Below are positions 8,717 to 19,664 of a stretch of DNA of 64,000 bases, in pieces. A program made the position numbers and the translations under genes. Source of the DNA: an uncultured Nitrospiraceae bacterium (lineage in GTDB: Bacteria > Nitrospirota > Nitrospiria > Nitrospirales > Nitrospiraceae); assembly GCA_963730935.1 (NCBI GenBank), contig CAVSTP010000004.1:1216001-1280000 (forward strand). Direction: 5' to 3'. Numbering within the stretch: position 1 is the first letter of the stretch; each line of letters starts with the position of its first letter. The notes beneath the pieces are model-generated. The model was not told the DNA's origin. It did not search any database and was given only the letters and a program-made list of their open reading frames with translations.

Positions 8717-9976
8717 ATGCCCCCTGCTCGCTGGCGTGTAATCTCTCTAGTCGTGCTGCTGGGACTGTTCAGTCTCGATGGACTGTTGTGGCTTCAGCCT
8801 GTTAAGGCCGCGTCGCAAGACCAGCGGGATGAGTCGCCGTCATCCAAACGATCCCGCCGCTCGAAGGTCAGCCTCCTTACACTTCCACCTGCGATGATCC
8901 AGAATCTGAGGACTGCCTTCTCGCCAGAGTCATTTCGGTTGGTCCTTGATCTCGACCGCAAGACACGGGTCAAGAAGCACCTCCCATCTCGGGAAGACGG
9001 CTTGGTCGTCGAAATCCCTCACGCGGCGTTAAGCAAGTCTGCGCAAACGAAAATCGCGCAGGGATCGCTCGACGGCCGGTTCATCGTCAGGCAAACGCCC
9101 GACGACTCCGTGACGGTCACCCTGCCGAACGGATCGTTCCAGAGGTATGCCTTGTTTTCACTGACGAATCCTCCGCGACTCGTCGTTGACGTGGTCCCTT
9201 CAGGCGTCCAGCCTTCCGCACCGACGCTGGATATGATTGAGCCTGCGGCAGCACCAACTCCTCCGCCGCAACCGCTACCGCCGCGGGCCAAGGCCTTCAC
9301 AACCATCGTGATCGACCCCGGACACGGCGGGAGAGATCCTGGCGCCCATGGGTACCGCGGCACCGAGGAGAAGGACATTACCCTGAAGGTGGGATTGAAG
9401 CTGCGGGAGCTCCTGAAAAAGGATCCGGGCGTGCGCGTCCTGATGACGCGGGAACGGGACGTGTTCGTCGAACTCGAAGACCGTGCACGGTTCGCCAACG
9501 GCAATGAAGCCGACCTCTTTGTCTCGATCCACGTCAACTCGCACCCTCAACGGTCCGTGCGAGGGATTGAAATCTACCATTTCGGGGAGGCCAAGGATCA
9601 GCGGGCCCTGGAGCTGGCGGCCCGAGAAAACGGCACTCCGCTGAGCAGCACCGGCATGGGATGGGAATATTTGGTTGCCGATCTCTTGACGACCAAGAAG
9701 ATCGAAGCGTCATTGGAGCTGGCCTGGACCACCAAGGAGGCCATGATTACCCACCTGAACGGGCAGTATGCGCTCGTCGATCATGGCGTCAAGACCGCGC
9801 CGTTCTACGTTCTCCGCTTTACCAGCATGCCGAGCATCCTGGCAGAAATCGCCTACATTTCGAATGCCGCCGAGGAGGAGCTTTTGAGGACCGGTACCTT
9901 TGTCACACGCGTCGCTGAATCCCTTCATGAGGGAGTAGCCGCCTTTTTGGCCGCTTCAAAACAGCCGGCGCGATAA
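8717..9976 (+). CDS. amiC: N-acetylmuramoyl-L-alanine amidase (AMIN + Amidase_3)
   Basis: Signal/TM, NPPRLVVD, IDPGHGGRDPGA, FVSIHVN, LAAREN, PSILAE. Confidence 0.92.
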   Translation: MPPARWRVISLVVLLGLFSLDGLLWLQPVKAASQDQRDESPSSKRSRRSKVSLLTLPPAMIQNLRTAFSPESFRLVLDLDRKTRVKKHLPSREDGLVVEIPHAALSKSAQTKIAQGSLDGRFIVRQTPDDSVTVTLPNGSFQRYALFSLTNPPRLVVDVVPSGVQPSAPTLDMIEPAAAPTPPPQPLPPRAKAFTTIVIDPGHGGRDPGAHGYRGTEEKDITLKVGLKLRELLKKDPGVRVLMTRERDVFVELEDRARFANGNEADLFVSIHVNSHPQRSVRGIEIYHFGEAKDQRALELAARENGTPLSSTGMGWEYLVADLLTTKKIEASLELAWTTKEAMITHLNGQYALVDHGVKTAPFYVLRFTSMPSILAEIAYISNAAEEELLRTGTFVTRVAESLHEGVAAFLAASKQPAR

Positions 9977-10004
9977 TGCGCCACGCCCTGCTCACCGCGC
10001 CGCT

Positions 10005-10781
10005 ATGCCGACCGTGAGACTGGTCCTCGAATACGATGGTTCCCGTTATGCCGGCTGGCAGCGCCAACCCGATCAGCCCACCATCCAAGAGGCCATCGAA
10101 ACCGCCCTGTTTCAGCTGACCCAAGAAACCGTGTCGGTGATCGGCGCGGGACGTACCGACGCGGGCGTGCACGCACTCGGTCAGGTGGCAAGCTTCCGCA
10201 TTGAGCGGAAATGGACGTCCCACGAGTGGCTGCGAGGGTTGAACGCCAGGCTTCCCGAAGATATTGCCGTGCGATCGGCGGCGATAGCGTCCGACGACTT
10301 TCACGCTCGATATGCCGCCCGTGGGAAGCTGTACGAGTACCGCATTATGAATCGCGGGGAACGGCCCGCCATCGATCGCACCTATCTCTGGCACATCCAT
10401 AAGCCCTTGGACGAAACCGCCATGAAGCGAGCCGCCACTCATCTCGTCGGCACACACGACTTCTCCTCGTTCGAAGGCACCCTCACCGACAACGAAGACC
10501 CGATCTGCGACCTGCGGCAACTGTCTCTCGATCGACACGGGGACATGATGACGATTCACGCCTACGCAGATCGTTTCTTGAAACATATGGTCCGTGCGAT
10601 CGTCGGGACGCTCGTTGAGGTGGGCCATGGTAAACGGGCGCCGGAGGCCCTCGCGACGATCCTGTCCGCGAGGGATCGTACGGCTGCCGGCAGAACCGCG
10701 CCACCGCACGGTCTGTTCCTCCTCCACGTCGACTACGACGGCGAGGAGGCACAGAGGAGCAACACTTCACTTGTTCAATAG
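10005..10781 (+). CDS. truA: tRNA pseudouridine(38-40) synthase
   Basis: YDGSRYAGWQRQ, GAGRTDAGVHA, FHARY, GTHDFSSF, FLKHMVR, TAPPHGL. Confidence 0.97.
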   Translation: MPTVRLVLEYDGSRYAGWQRQPDQPTIQEAIETALFQLTQETVSVIGAGRTDAGVHALGQVASFRIERKWTSHEWLRGLNARLPEDIAVRSAAIASDDFHARYAARGKLYEYRIMNRGERPAIDRTYLWHIHKPLDETAMKRAATHLVGTHDFSSFEGTLTDNEDPICDLRQLSLDRHGDMMTIHAYADRFLKHMVRAIVGTLVEVGHGKRAPEALATILSARDRTAAGRTAPPHGLFLLHVDYDGEEAQRSNTSLVQ

Positions 10782-10826
10782 TGTGAGCGGGGCGAGGGTG
10801 AGAAAAGAAAGACGAGGAACGGAAGG

Positions 10827-11477
10827 TCAGGGGGAGGAAGGCTCGTCGCGGTTCTCGAGCTTCTTGCGAAGTTCGATGAGTTCTTGCTCGAGGGCCAGGA
10901 AACGGTCGCTGATCGGGTCCGGAAGATTGCTATGGTCCATGGTCGCATCGGGGAGCCGCTCGCCCTGCGTCTTAATGACCCTGGCGGGCACGCCGATGAC
11001 GGTCGAGTTCGCGGCGACGTTCTTGAGGACGACGGAATTCGCTCCGATCTTCACGTTGTCACCGATCGTGATCCCTCCGAGGATCTTGGCCCCCGCGCCG
11101 ACCACCACATGATTGCCCAGCGTCGGATGGCGCTTCCCGCGCTCCTTTCCCGTTCCACCGAGCGTCACCCCTTGGAAGAGCGTCACGTAATCCCCGATTT
11201 CAGCGGTTTCCCCAACGACAACCCCCATGCCGTGATCGATGAAGAACCCGGTGCCGATGCGGGCTGAGGGATGGATCTCGATCCCGGTCAGCCAGCGAGC
11301 AACCTGGGAAATGGCGCGGGGTACGAAGGGAATGCCGTAGAACTTCAGCCAATGGGCGACGCGATAGGCCATCAATGCATGAAAGCCGGCATAGGTCAGA
11401 ATGACTTCCAGCTTGCTGGTGGCTGCAGGATCCCGGTCAAACACGGCTTTGAAGTCTTGTCGAATCGCGTTCAGCAT
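10827..11477 (-). CDS. cysE: Serine O-acetyltransferase
   Basis: [37 protein letters not shown]. Confidence 0.96.
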   Translation of the reverse strand: MLNAIRQDFKAVFDRDPAATSKLEVILTYAGFHALMAYRVAHWLKFYGIPFVPRAISQVARWLTGIEIHPSARIGTGFFIDHGMGVVVGETAEIGDYVTLFQGVTLGGTGKERGKRHPTLGNHVVVGAGAKILGGITIGDNVKIGANSVVLKNVAANSTVIGVPARVIKTQGERLPDATMDHSNLPDPISDRFLALEQELIELRKKLENRDEPSSP

Positions 11478-11496
11478 GTCGGTGATTGTACGATGC

Positions 11497-11970
11497 TCAG
11501 ACCGGTTCAATCAAACAAACGGCGTGGGCGATCATCCCTTCTTCCCTGCCCACCGCATCCAGTCCCTCTCCGCTCTTCACCTTCACGTTGACCCTGTCGG
11601 GGTCGATGCCCGCAGCCTCGGCCATTTTTTTCTGCATCGCGGCAAGATGCGGCGCGAGTCGCGGGGCCTGCGCAACAATGACGGTATCGATATTGCCGAC
11701 GCGGTAGCCCTTCGCCTTGAGCTTGCTCATCACGTCTTCCAGCAGCTTGAGGCTTGAGATCCCTTTATATCGCGAATCCGAGCTCGGATAGTGCCGTCCG
11801 AGATCGCCCTCTCCCATTGCTCCAAGCAAGGCATCGCAGACCGCGTGGACGAGCACATCGGAGTCTGAGTGTCCGAGCAGGCCCTTGCTGTGCGGAATGT
11901 CGACGCCGCCCAGAATGAGCTTGCGCCCCGGCGCCAGCGGATGCACGTCATAGCCATAGCCAATGCGCAT
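11497..11970 (-). CDS. ispF: 2-C-methyl-D-erythritol 2,4-cyclodiphosphate synthase
   Basis: [31 protein letters not shown]; upstream extension of the track ORF lies within ispD. Confidence 0.96.
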   Translation of the reverse strand: MRIGYGYDVHPLAPGRKLILGGVDIPHSKGLLGHSDSDVLVHAVCDALLGAMGEGDLGRHYPSSDSRYKGISSLKLLEDVMSKLKAKGYRVGNIDTVIVAQAPRLAPHLAAMQKKMAEAAGIDPDRVNVKVKSGEGLDAVGREEGMIAHAVCLIEPV

Positions 11971-11999
11971 GAGATGCCCCTTGTATTCTGCTGGCCGCG

Positions 12000-12716
12000 T
12001 TACGGCTTGCGGCCCGCCCGCGAAGCCAAGATGGCTTCGCCGATGACGAGATCTTCCGGCCTTGTCACTTTGATGTTCTCTCCGCTGCCTTCGACCACCC
12101 TGACCGGATGGCCCATCCATTCCATAAGAAACGCATCGTCCGTCGCGGCCAGCCCTTCGGCCTGCGCTTTCCGATGCGCCTCCTCGAGCCAGTCTCGACG
12201 GAAGGCTTGCGGCGTCTGGGCGAGCCATAACGGGTTGCGGTCGATCGTGCGTTCGATGACGCGATCCGCGCCAACTTGCTTGACGGTATCCCGCATGGGC
12301 AAGGCAATAATGGCCGCGCCGTCGACCGCTGCGGCTTCGACGACCTGTCTCACCATCGTTTCTGTCACACAGGGCCGAACGGCATCATGGATCACGACGA
12401 GGTGGACTCCCTCCCCTACAACGGCCAACGCCCGGCGAACTGAATCCTGCCGTTCTTTTCCGCCCGCCACCACCTGTGTGACCTTGGTAAAACCGTGTGC
12501 TTCGACGATTTCCGTTCGACAATAGTGCAGATCCGCTTCGGGAACCGCAAGAATCACCGCCTCGATGATCGGAGAAGATTGAAAGACACGAAGGGAATAG
12601 ACGAGGAGTGGCAGCCCTCCGAGCGGGCGAAACTGCTTGCGGACGGCCCCTCCCAGCCGGAGGCCCAAGCCCGCGGCCGGGATGAGTGCAACGGTACGAC
12701 GAGGCTCCGGTGCCAT
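12000..12716 (-). CDS. ispD: 2-C-methyl-D-erythritol 4-phosphate cytidylyltransferase
   Basis: PAAGLGLR, GGKERQDSV, HDAVRP, AQTPQAF, TDD, NIKVT; GGAGG upstream of ATG 12716. Confidence 0.95.
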   Translation of the reverse strand: MAPEPRRTVALIPAAGLGLRLGGAVRKQFRPLGGLPLLVYSLRVFQSSPIIEAVILAVPEADLHYCRTEIVEAHGFTKVTQVVAGGKERQDSVRRALAVVGEGVHLVVIHDAVRPCVTETMVRQVVEAAAVDGAAIIALPMRDTVKQVGADRVIERTIDRNPLWLAQTPQAFRRDWLEEAHRKAQAEGLAATDDAFLMEWMGHPVRVVEGSGENIKVTRPEDLVIGEAILASRAGRKP

Positions 12717-12773
12717 GGGGGGCCTCCGCGCCATGGCTATGGGCACGGCCGCATGACGAACCCGAAGCGGCAG

Positions 12774-13799
12774 CTATCCACGCGCGACCTGCATCTCCTC
12801 TCGCTCGGTCTCTTCCTTCAGCCGGGTGAAGATCATGCGTCCGGCAGTCGTCTGCAGCACGCTGGTGACGACGACGTCCACATTCTTTCCGATGTAGCGG
12901 CGGGCATTGTCGACCACGATCATGGTGCCGTCGTCGAGATAGGCGACACCCTGCCCCGCTTCCTTGCCTTCTTTAAGCACGAACACCCGAATGGCCTCCC
13001 CCGGCAGAACGACCGGCCGCAATGCGTTGCACAGTTCGTTGATGTTGAGCACGCGAATGCCCTGCAACTCGGCGACCTTGTTAAGGTTCAAATCGTTCGT
13101 GACAATCTTCGCGTTCATCTTCTTGGCCAGCACAATCAGTTTGGCATCCACTTCTTTGACGTGTGGAAAATCTTCGTCGATGATCCGGACGTCCACATCA
13201 CCCATTTTCTGGATCTTGTTCAGGATATCAAGGCCGCGTCGTCCCCGCGCGCGCTTTAACGAGTCCGAGGAGTCGGCAATGTGTTGCAGCTCGTCCAGGA
13301 TGAAATGGGGCACGAGGAAGGTCCCTTCGAGAAATCTCGTTTCACAGAGATCGGCAACCCGTCCGTCAATGATGACGCTCGTGTCGAGGACCTTGGGACA
13401 GACGGTGTTGCCATCCAGCTCAAAGAGTTTCTGCTCGGGGCTTGGCAGCTTCTCCTTGCCGAACCTGGCGCCCAGCACGAGGCCGAGATAAGGGAATCCG
13501 AGAAGAAAGACGAGGCCGCCGATATGGAAGAGGAAGGTCTGGACGTCAAAAATCTCGCCGCCCACCCATTCGACGAGCCCCGTCAACACCAGGCCCGCCG
13601 CCAATCCTGCCGCGCCTCCGACAATGATGCCGAATGAGAGGTTGTGTAGGGCATATTCTCCGGCGACGATCAATCCGCCGGTCACCGCTCCGATCCCGAA
13701 CCCGTACATCCAATACGAGGCGCTGGCTCCATCCGCTTTGATAAAGAGCGCCATTCCCGCCAATGCACTGAGAAGGACAAATATGGCTCGCGATACCAT
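12774..13799 (-). CDS. PIN/TRAM-domain membrane protein (YacL-like)
   Basis: N-terminal TMs, [46 protein letters not shown]. Confidence 0.93.
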   Translation of the reverse strand: MVSRAIFVLLSALAGMALFIKADGASASYWMYGFGIGAVTGGLIVAGEYALHNLSFGIIVGGAAGLAAGLVLTGLVEWVGGEIFDVQTFLFHIGGLVFLLGFPYLGLVLGARFGKEKLPSPEQKLFELDGNTVCPKVLDTSVIIDGRVADLCETRFLEGTFLVPHFILDELQHIADSSDSLKRARGRRGLDILNKIQKMGDVDVRIIDEDFPHVKEVDAKLIVLAKKMNAKIVTNDLNLNKVAELQGIRVLNINELCNALRPVVLPGEAIRVFVLKEGKEAGQGVAYLDDGTMIVVDNARRYIGKNVDVVVTSVLQTTAGRMIFTRLKEETEREEMQVARG

Positions 13800-13816
13800 A
13801 CCTTCACCTCCTCTCG

Positions 13817-15337
13817 CTAAGGACGTAACGTTAAATAAATCGTCTGGCCTTTCCGTTTCAACAGTAGCAGGACCGCCTGATCTTTGGCCAGACCGGACAC
13901 CGCCCGCTCATAGGACTTGATCGAATTGACAGGTTTGCGGTTCACCTCGAGCACAATATCGCCTTCTCTGACGCTCATTTCCTCTGCCGTACTCCCGGGC
14001 TTGACCCGCACGATGACCACGCCCCGTTCGCTGGGCTTGATGCCGTACCGAGCAGCCAGTTCCTCGTTCAACTCACGGACATCGATATCGGACAGCACAC
14101 CGGTCGGGGCGGTGGACTCGCCGTTGTCCTCGGGGCCCGCCTGACCGAGGGACTTCGGCTGCTCCACGATCGTCACCTCGATGGTCTTGATCTTCTTTTC
14201 CCTGATCACCTTGATCGGCACCTTGCGTCCGATCGGCGTCTGCGCCACCGCGTTCCGAAGATGCGTCGGTGAATCCATGGGTTTGCCGTCGTATTCCGTG
14301 ATCACGTCGGCGCGCTCAAACCCCGCCTTTTTGGCGGGACTGTCGTCCATCACGTCGCTCACCAACACTCCCTTTGTGTCCGTCAGTCCGAACTGGGAAG
14401 CAAGTTCTGGGGTTAGTTCTTGAATCGCGACGCCGAGCCAGCCGCGCACAACTTTTCCGGTCTTGACCAGCTGGTCCATGATCGAGCGGGCCAGATTACT
14501 GGGCACGGCAAAACCGATTCCCATGTTGCCGCCGCTCTGGCTGAAGATCGCCGTATTGATGCCGACCAGTTCGCCGCGCACGTTCACCAACGCGCCCCCG
14601 GAATTGCCGGGATTGATTGCGGCATCGGTTTGAATGAAGTCTTCGTACTCCGCGATGCCCATGCTGGCCCGCCCCACGGCGCTGACGATGCCCATCGTCA
14701 CGCTCTGCGTCAGCCCGAAGGGGCTGCCGACTGCGAGGACGAATTCACCCACCTCAAGCTGATCCGAATCGGCAAACGGAATGGTCGACAATCCCGTCGC
14801 CTCGATTCTCACAATCGCCACGTCGGTCTTGGTGTCGGTGCCGATCAATTTGCCCTTGAACTCACGCTTGTCCGAGAGAATCACCCGGATATCGTCGGCC
14901 TTGTTGACGACATGGTTGTTGGTGATGATCAGGCCGCTCGAGTCGACGATCACGCCTGAGCCCTGCCCCCGCTCTTTTCGCTCACGATGCGGCTGCTCGC
15001 GCTTGAAGAATTCATCACCGAAGAATTTGCGAAAAAAGGGGTCATCGAAGGGGGAGCTTTGCGGCCCGTCACCCGACTTTCCGGACCGGCTCGCGGCGAT
15101 GTTGACCACGGCGGGCTTGACGGTTTTGGCGATCTCGACAAAGCTCTTGGCAGTGCCGCCAGTCACGGGTTGCTGAGGAACCGTGGCCACAGGGCGGACC
15201 ACTCCTTCCGTCGGCGAATCGTGTCCCGCCGTCCCACGCGGCAGCCAGCCGAGATCAGACGCTGCAACGACGCCGATGACGGCGCCCAATGCGAGGAGCA
15301 GATACGGAAGCGCCCGTGAACGGCCGAGTGTCATCAT
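13817..15337 (-). CDS. degP: DegP/DegQ periplasmic serine protease with two PDZ domains
   Basis: [28 protein letters not shown]. Confidence 0.94.
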   Translation of the reverse strand: MMTLGRSRALPYLLLALGAVIGVVAASDLGWLPRGTAGHDSPTEGVVRPVATVPQQPVTGGTAKSFVEIAKTVKPAVVNIAASRSGKSGDGPQSSPFDDPFFRKFFGDEFFKREQPHRERKERGQGSGVIVDSSGLIITNNHVVNKADDIRVILSDKREFKGKLIGTDTKTDVAIVRIEATGLSTIPFADSDQLEVGEFVLAVGSPFGLTQSVTMGIVSAVGRASMGIAEYEDFIQTDAAINPGNSGGALVNVRGELVGINTAIFSQSGGNMGIGFAVPSNLARSIMDQLVKTGKVVRGWLGVAIQELTPELASQFGLTDTKGVLVSDVMDDSPAKKAGFERADVITEYDGKPMDSPTHLRNAVAQTPIGRKVPIKVIREKKIKTIEVTIVEQPKSLGQAGPEDNGESTAPTGVLSDIDVRELNEELAARYGIKPSERGVVIVRVKPGSTAEEMSVREGDIVLEVNRKPVNSIKSYERAVSGLAKDQAVLLLLKRKGQTIYLTLRP

Positions 15338-15343
15338 GAATCC

Positions 15344-16267
15344 TTATTGAATTTCACCCGCATAAATCCCCATGACCGTCTGTAAAAACTTCACCGCTTC
15401 CGCCTTCGGACGCTGAAACGAGTTCCGCCCGATGATGCTGCCGAATCCGCCGCCCTCTCGGATGGCCCGAGCCTCCTCGAAGACATTCTTGTCCTCGCTC
15501 TTCGCCCCGCCAGAGAAAATGACGATGCGTCGGCCGTCGAACGAGCTCTGAACCACATGCTTGACGCGCTCAGCGAGCGTCTTAATGGGAACCTGGGTGG
15601 ATTCATATACTTTCTTGGCTGCAGCCTGCTCGAGATGGGCCGACGGAAGCTTGACCTTGATGATATGCGCACCCAATTGGGCCGCAATTTGGGCCGCATA
15701 AGCCACCACATCCATCGCGGTCTCCCCTTCTTTGCTGATGGCCGACCCACGGGGATAGGACCACACCACAACGGCAAGCCCGCCTTCCTTCGCTTCTTCC
15801 GCGATCGCGCGCAACTGCTCGTACATCACGTTGCAATGAGCCGATCCGGGGTAGATCGTGAAGCCGACGGCCACGCAACCGAGACGGAGTGCGTCCTTGA
15901 CGCTGCCGGTAACCGAGGGCAGCGGATCCTTGTCGTCATGCAGGACGTCGTGGTTGTTCAGCTTCAAAATCAGGGGAATCTGCCCGGCGAACTGGCTTGC
16001 ACCGGCCTCCAAAAATCCCAGCGGCGCCGCATAGGCATTGCAACCGGCGTCAATGGCCAATTGAAAATGATACAGCGGGTTGTAGCCGGGCGGGTTGGGT
16101 GCAAAGCTCCTCGCTGGGCCGTGCTCGAAACCTTGATCGACCGGCAGGATGACCAACTTTCCGGTACCGGCCAATTTTCCGCTTCGCAGCAACCGCGCAA
16201 TGTTCGTTTTTGTTCCTGCGTTGTCGCTCGTATAGTAACTCAAAATTTCTTGTACTTGATCACCCAT
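15344..16267 (-). CDS. fbaB: Class I fructose-bisphosphate aldolase
   Basis: ILPVDQGFEHGP, GFTIYPGS, WSYPRG, IIKVK, IGRNSFQRP. Confidence 0.93.
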   Translation of the reverse strand: MGDQVQEILSYYTSDNAGTKTNIARLLRSGKLAGTGKLVILPVDQGFEHGPARSFAPNPPGYNPLYHFQLAIDAGCNAYAAPLGFLEAGASQFAGQIPLILKLNNHDVLHDDKDPLPSVTGSVKDALRLGCVAVGFTIYPGSAHCNVMYEQLRAIAEEAKEGGLAVVVWSYPRGSAISKEGETAMDVVAYAAQIAAQLGAHIIKVKLPSAHLEQAAAKKVYESTQVPIKTLAERVKHVVQSSFDGRRIVIFSGGAKSEDKNVFEEARAIREGGGFGSIIGRNSFQRPKAEAVKFLQTVMGIYAGEIQ

Positions 16268-16297
16268 CTCGACTCTCCGGTTCGTCGATCACACCCG

Positions 16298-17311
16298 TTA
16301 TGAGAGTACCGTTGTCCCCTGTATGTACGATTCGGCGTCCCTCACATCGTCGGCGCTGCCGATGATGAGCGGGACCCGTTGATGCAGCTTTTTCGGCTCG
16401 ATGTCGAGGATGCGGGTCACGCCGGTGCTCGCTCTGCCGCCTGCCTGCTCGACGACCATCGCCATGGGATTGGCCTCGTACAGCAATCGCAATTTTCCTT
16501 CCGGTTTGTTGATCTCGCCTGGATACAAATAGATCCCCCCGCCGAGAAGGAGCCGGTGCACGTCGGCCACGAGACAACCCGAATAGCGGCTGGTGTAGGG
16601 ACGGCCTGCCGCCTTGTCGGGCTTCTTGAGCGAATCAACGTATCGCTTGGTTCCGTCCGGCCATTTTTCGTAATTGCCTTCATTCACGGCGTATACTTTT
16701 CCACGCGAAGGCATCTTGATGCCGGGATGAGACAATTGATACTCCCCGACGTTGGGATCGAGCGTAAACCCGTAAACGCCCTTGCCGGTCGTAAAGACGA
16801 GCATCGTGCTCGGCCCGAACAGAAAATAGCCGGCCGCCAGCTGATGGGTGCCTTTCCTGAGCAAATCGTTGTCTCCCGGCGGCTGATCCTGATGCTGGTG
16901 CTCGATGATCGAAAAGATCGATCCCAGCGGCATGTTGACGTCGGTGTTCGACGAGCCGTCCAATGGATCAAAGAGCACCATGTAGGGTGCGGGTCTGCCC
17001 GGCGAGTCGACAAAGACCGGCTTTTCCATTTCTTCCGAGGCCAAGGCGCCGGCCACGCCGTCCCGCTGCAAGACCTCAATAAACGTATCATTAGCAATCT
17101 GATCCAGCTTTTTGACGGATTCACCCTGGACGTTCGTCTCGCCGGTGATCCCCAGCATATTGAGCAGTCCGGCAATCCGCAGGTCGCGGGCGAGGGTCTT
17201 TCCGACCAGCCCAATGGCGGAGAGCAGCGCGGTCAAGGATCCGGCCCCGCCGAGCGAAGCGGGAGGATTGGCCATGAGAAATTGTTCGACGGTGAGCGGC
17301 CGCTGCGACAT
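16298..17311 (-). CDS. fbp: Class 1 fructose-1,6-bisphosphatase
   Basis: NVQGE, ASEE, FDPLDGSSN, RYSGCLVADVHR, KLRLLYEANP. Confidence 0.96.
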   Translation of the reverse strand: MSQRPLTVEQFLMANPPASLGGAGSLTALLSAIGLVGKTLARDLRIAGLLNMLGITGETNVQGESVKKLDQIANDTFIEVLQRDGVAGALASEEMEKPVFVDSPGRPAPYMVLFDPLDGSSNTDVNMPLGSIFSIIEHQHQDQPPGDNDLLRKGTHQLAAGYFLFGPSTMLVFTTGKGVYGFTLDPNVGEYQLSHPGIKMPSRGKVYAVNEGNYEKWPDGTKRYVDSLKKPDKAAGRPYTSRYSGCLVADVHRLLLGGGIYLYPGEINKPEGKLRLLYEANPMAMVVEQAGGRASTGVTRILDIEPKKLHQRVPLIIGSADDVRDAESYIQGTTVLS

Positions 17312-17399
17312 GGAGGGGCAAGACCTGTATAAAGCCAAAGAGCCTCGCCGTCGCGGCTACGCGAGGGGCGAGTCCCGAACATGAGTATGATTGTGAGCG

Positions 17400-17428
17400 A
17401 TTATAGCCCGTCTCGAGTGGGCGGGCAA
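17400..17428 (-). promoter_or_regulatory. Putative sigma70 promoter upstream of fbp
   Basis: TTGCCC-N17-TATAAT; spacer is a near-palindrome GCCC-ACTCGAGAC-GGGC. Confidence 0.55.
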
Positions 17429-17444
17429 CGAATCTCCAGTCTCG

Positions 17445-18218
17445 TTAAGAGGGCCCTTTGGCGGGCGGGAAGCCATCGACTAAATCGGCAACGATGGCGC
17501 CAATGATGACCTTGGCCTTCATTCGAACAGGGATACGCCGTTCGTCGGTCGTGAACCAGACTCGTATGTTGCCCTTGTTGATAAACAGGCCTTTAAACGG
17601 CATGATCACAACCACTTGCGCGGTTTCCGCCCTTCCCCACGCCCCCTCCAACATCTCAATATTTTCGACCCGCACCTCCACTTGTCGGTTCTTTTTATCG
17701 TGATAGACGTTGAGCATGAGCGAGGCCCCGGGGGTCATCGGTAGCTGGTTACGGACATAATAGAGGCAGGAAATCAAATCCTGAGTTCCCGCAGGAATGG
17801 GAACGGTTTCTGTCGTGCCCTGCCGCACCGCGGTGACCGTTCCCTCGGCATGGTGAAAGGTGTACTCGATGTCTTCCTTGTTCTTCCCTTCTCGACGATG
17901 GAAGACCATATGCTGCGGCAGCTGGGTGCGGAGATCGAACTCCGACTCCACCCGATTGTCCACCGGGAAAAACTTACTGATCGCAGGTCGGGATTGCGCT
18001 GTCGTCACCAGCTTAGCCCGTGACCTGTCCGCAGTGCCGTCGGGCTGGACTTCCATGACGGCCGTTCCCGCGAGGATGTTCAACCAGGATATGTCGTAGG
18101 TCAGCCGCTCTCCGGTTTGGACCGCTTGGGCTGACGCGTCAGTCGCGTCTGCTAGGGAGCCAGAGGTCCCTCCCAAGAGAAGACAGATCAACGCGTACCA
18201 ATACCACAGGCGAATCAT
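17445..18218 (-). CDS. DUF3108-like exported protein
   Basis: Signal peptide, GERLTYDISW..AG, QDLISCLYYVR, WFTTDERRIPV. Confidence 0.75.
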   Translation of the reverse strand: MIRLWYWYALICLLLGGTSGSLADATDASAQAVQTGERLTYDISWLNILAGTAVMEVQPDGTADRSRAKLVTTAQSRPAISKFFPVDNRVESEFDLRTQLPQHMVFHRREGKNKEDIEYTFHHAEGTVTAVRQGTTETVPIPAGTQDLISCLYYVRNQLPMTPGASLMLNVYHDKKNRQVEVRVENIEMLEGAWGRAETAQVVVIMPFKGLFINKGNIRVWFTTDERRIPVRMKAKVIIGAIVADLVDGFPPAKGPS

Positions 18219-19651
18219 GATGACAGGTGTATGTGTTCGCAGAGAAGGCTAAGAGGGCATCGTGCCGTTTGACCGCGGCCAATTCTCCCTCCACAGCGGC
18301 CCTGATGGCCGTGAGGCGGTCAGCCGATGCGGCTTCGAAGCGCAGGACCAATGCCGGTTGGGTGTTGGAAGCCCTGATTAAACCCCAGCCGTCCTGAAAG
18401 ATGGCTCGCACCCCGTCGATCGTCACGACTTCACGGACAATGTCCTTGCCTGGCCCGATGGGCTGGCGGGAGCGGGCATAGCCGGCCAAGCGCTCCTGGA
18501 CCTGCTTGACCAATTCGAATTTGATCGTATCCGGAGTATCCACGCGAATCTCAGGGGTCACCGCCGTGGCAGGCAGATCGGCGACCAGCGAAGAGAGCGG
18601 CTTTCCGGTTTTGGCGAGAATTTCAACCAGACGGCAAGAGGCATAAATTGCATCGTCATAGCCGAAATACCTGTCGGCAAAAAACATGTGCCCGGACATT
18701 TCTCCGGCCAGCACCGCGTGCTCGCTCTTCATCTTGGCTTTGATCAGGGAGTGACCGGTCTTCCACATGATCGGCCGACCACCCTGTTTCGCAATATCGT
18801 CATAGAGACACTGAGAAGCCTTCACCTCGGAGATGATAGTACTGCCCGGGTTCGTTAAGAGAATATCGCGGGAATACACGACCATCAGACGGTCGCCCCA
18901 CAAGACCTGGCCCTGCTCATCGATGGCGCCGATACGGTCACCATCGCCGTCGTAGCCGATGCCAACGTCCGCCTTGTGATGTGTGACGGCTTTGACGAGG
19001 TCGTCGAGATTCTCGAGCACCGTTGGATCGGGATGATGGTTCGGAAACCGGCCATCCAGCTCGCAGTACAAGCCGGTCACGCGGCAGCCCAGGAGTTCTA
19101 ACGCATCCTTCGCCACCAGGGACGCGGCGCCGTTGCCGCAATCAATGACGACATGCAGGTGCTTCGCATCCACACTACTGAAGCTCTTTTTAATGTAGGC
19201 CAGATAGTCGGGAATGATGGGATGTTCCGATTGTGTCCCGTGACCGGACGTGAAGACACCGGACTCTAGGACGCGGCGCAAGCTCCTGAATGGCCTCTCC
19301 GTGGATGGCCTCTTTGCCGATGCAGATCTTGAATCCGTTGTATTCCGACGCGTTGTGACTGCCCGTGATCATGATGCCGCCGTCGACCGGCAATTGAAAA
19401 AGGGAGAAATAGACCAGAGGGGACGGACAGATCCCGACATCGATCACGTTCATCCCGCCCGCCAACAGTCCCTTGACCAGGGCATCGAACAAGCCCGGCG
19501 AGCTGAGTCTGCCATCTCGCCCGACGGAAATGGTCTGTACACCTCGATCTTTGACATAGGTGCAGTAGGCCCGCCCGACCTGTTCTGCAATCGATTCCGT
19601 CAATTCCTTGCCGACGATGCCGCGGAGGTCATATTCGCGAAAGAGTCCCAT
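18139..19651 (-). pseudogene. algC: Phosphomannomutase/phosphoglucomutase, frameshifted at ~19281 (mutation or assembly error)
   Basis: FREYDLRG and ITGSHN in one frame (from 19651); FPNHHPDP, DGDGDR, GEMSGH and RASNT in another (19281-18139); natural end possibly TAG at 18249. Confidence 0.85.
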
Positions 19652-19664
19652 GCAGTGCCTCAGT

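Noticed and set aside
11971..12228. N-terminal extensions in the track for ispF (also rfbD, wzt, heparinase, oxidoreductase), or an ispDF fusion
   Set aside because: Extensions overlap upstream genes; ispD has its own stop and downstream starts have RBS or stop-start overlaps
8060..13799. NYN and PIN genes as toxin-antitoxin or defence system
   Set aside because: They match housekeeping YacP-like and YacL-like proteins, with no antitoxin or island context
9903..17332. Long antisense ORFs (9903-10727, 12495-13259, 15557-16303, 16379-17332 and similar)
   Set aside because: Shadows of well-supported genes in GC-rich DNA, with no motifs
19270..19295. Programmed ribosomal frameshift in PMM/PGM
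   Set aside because: No slippery heptamer or homopolymer at the junction
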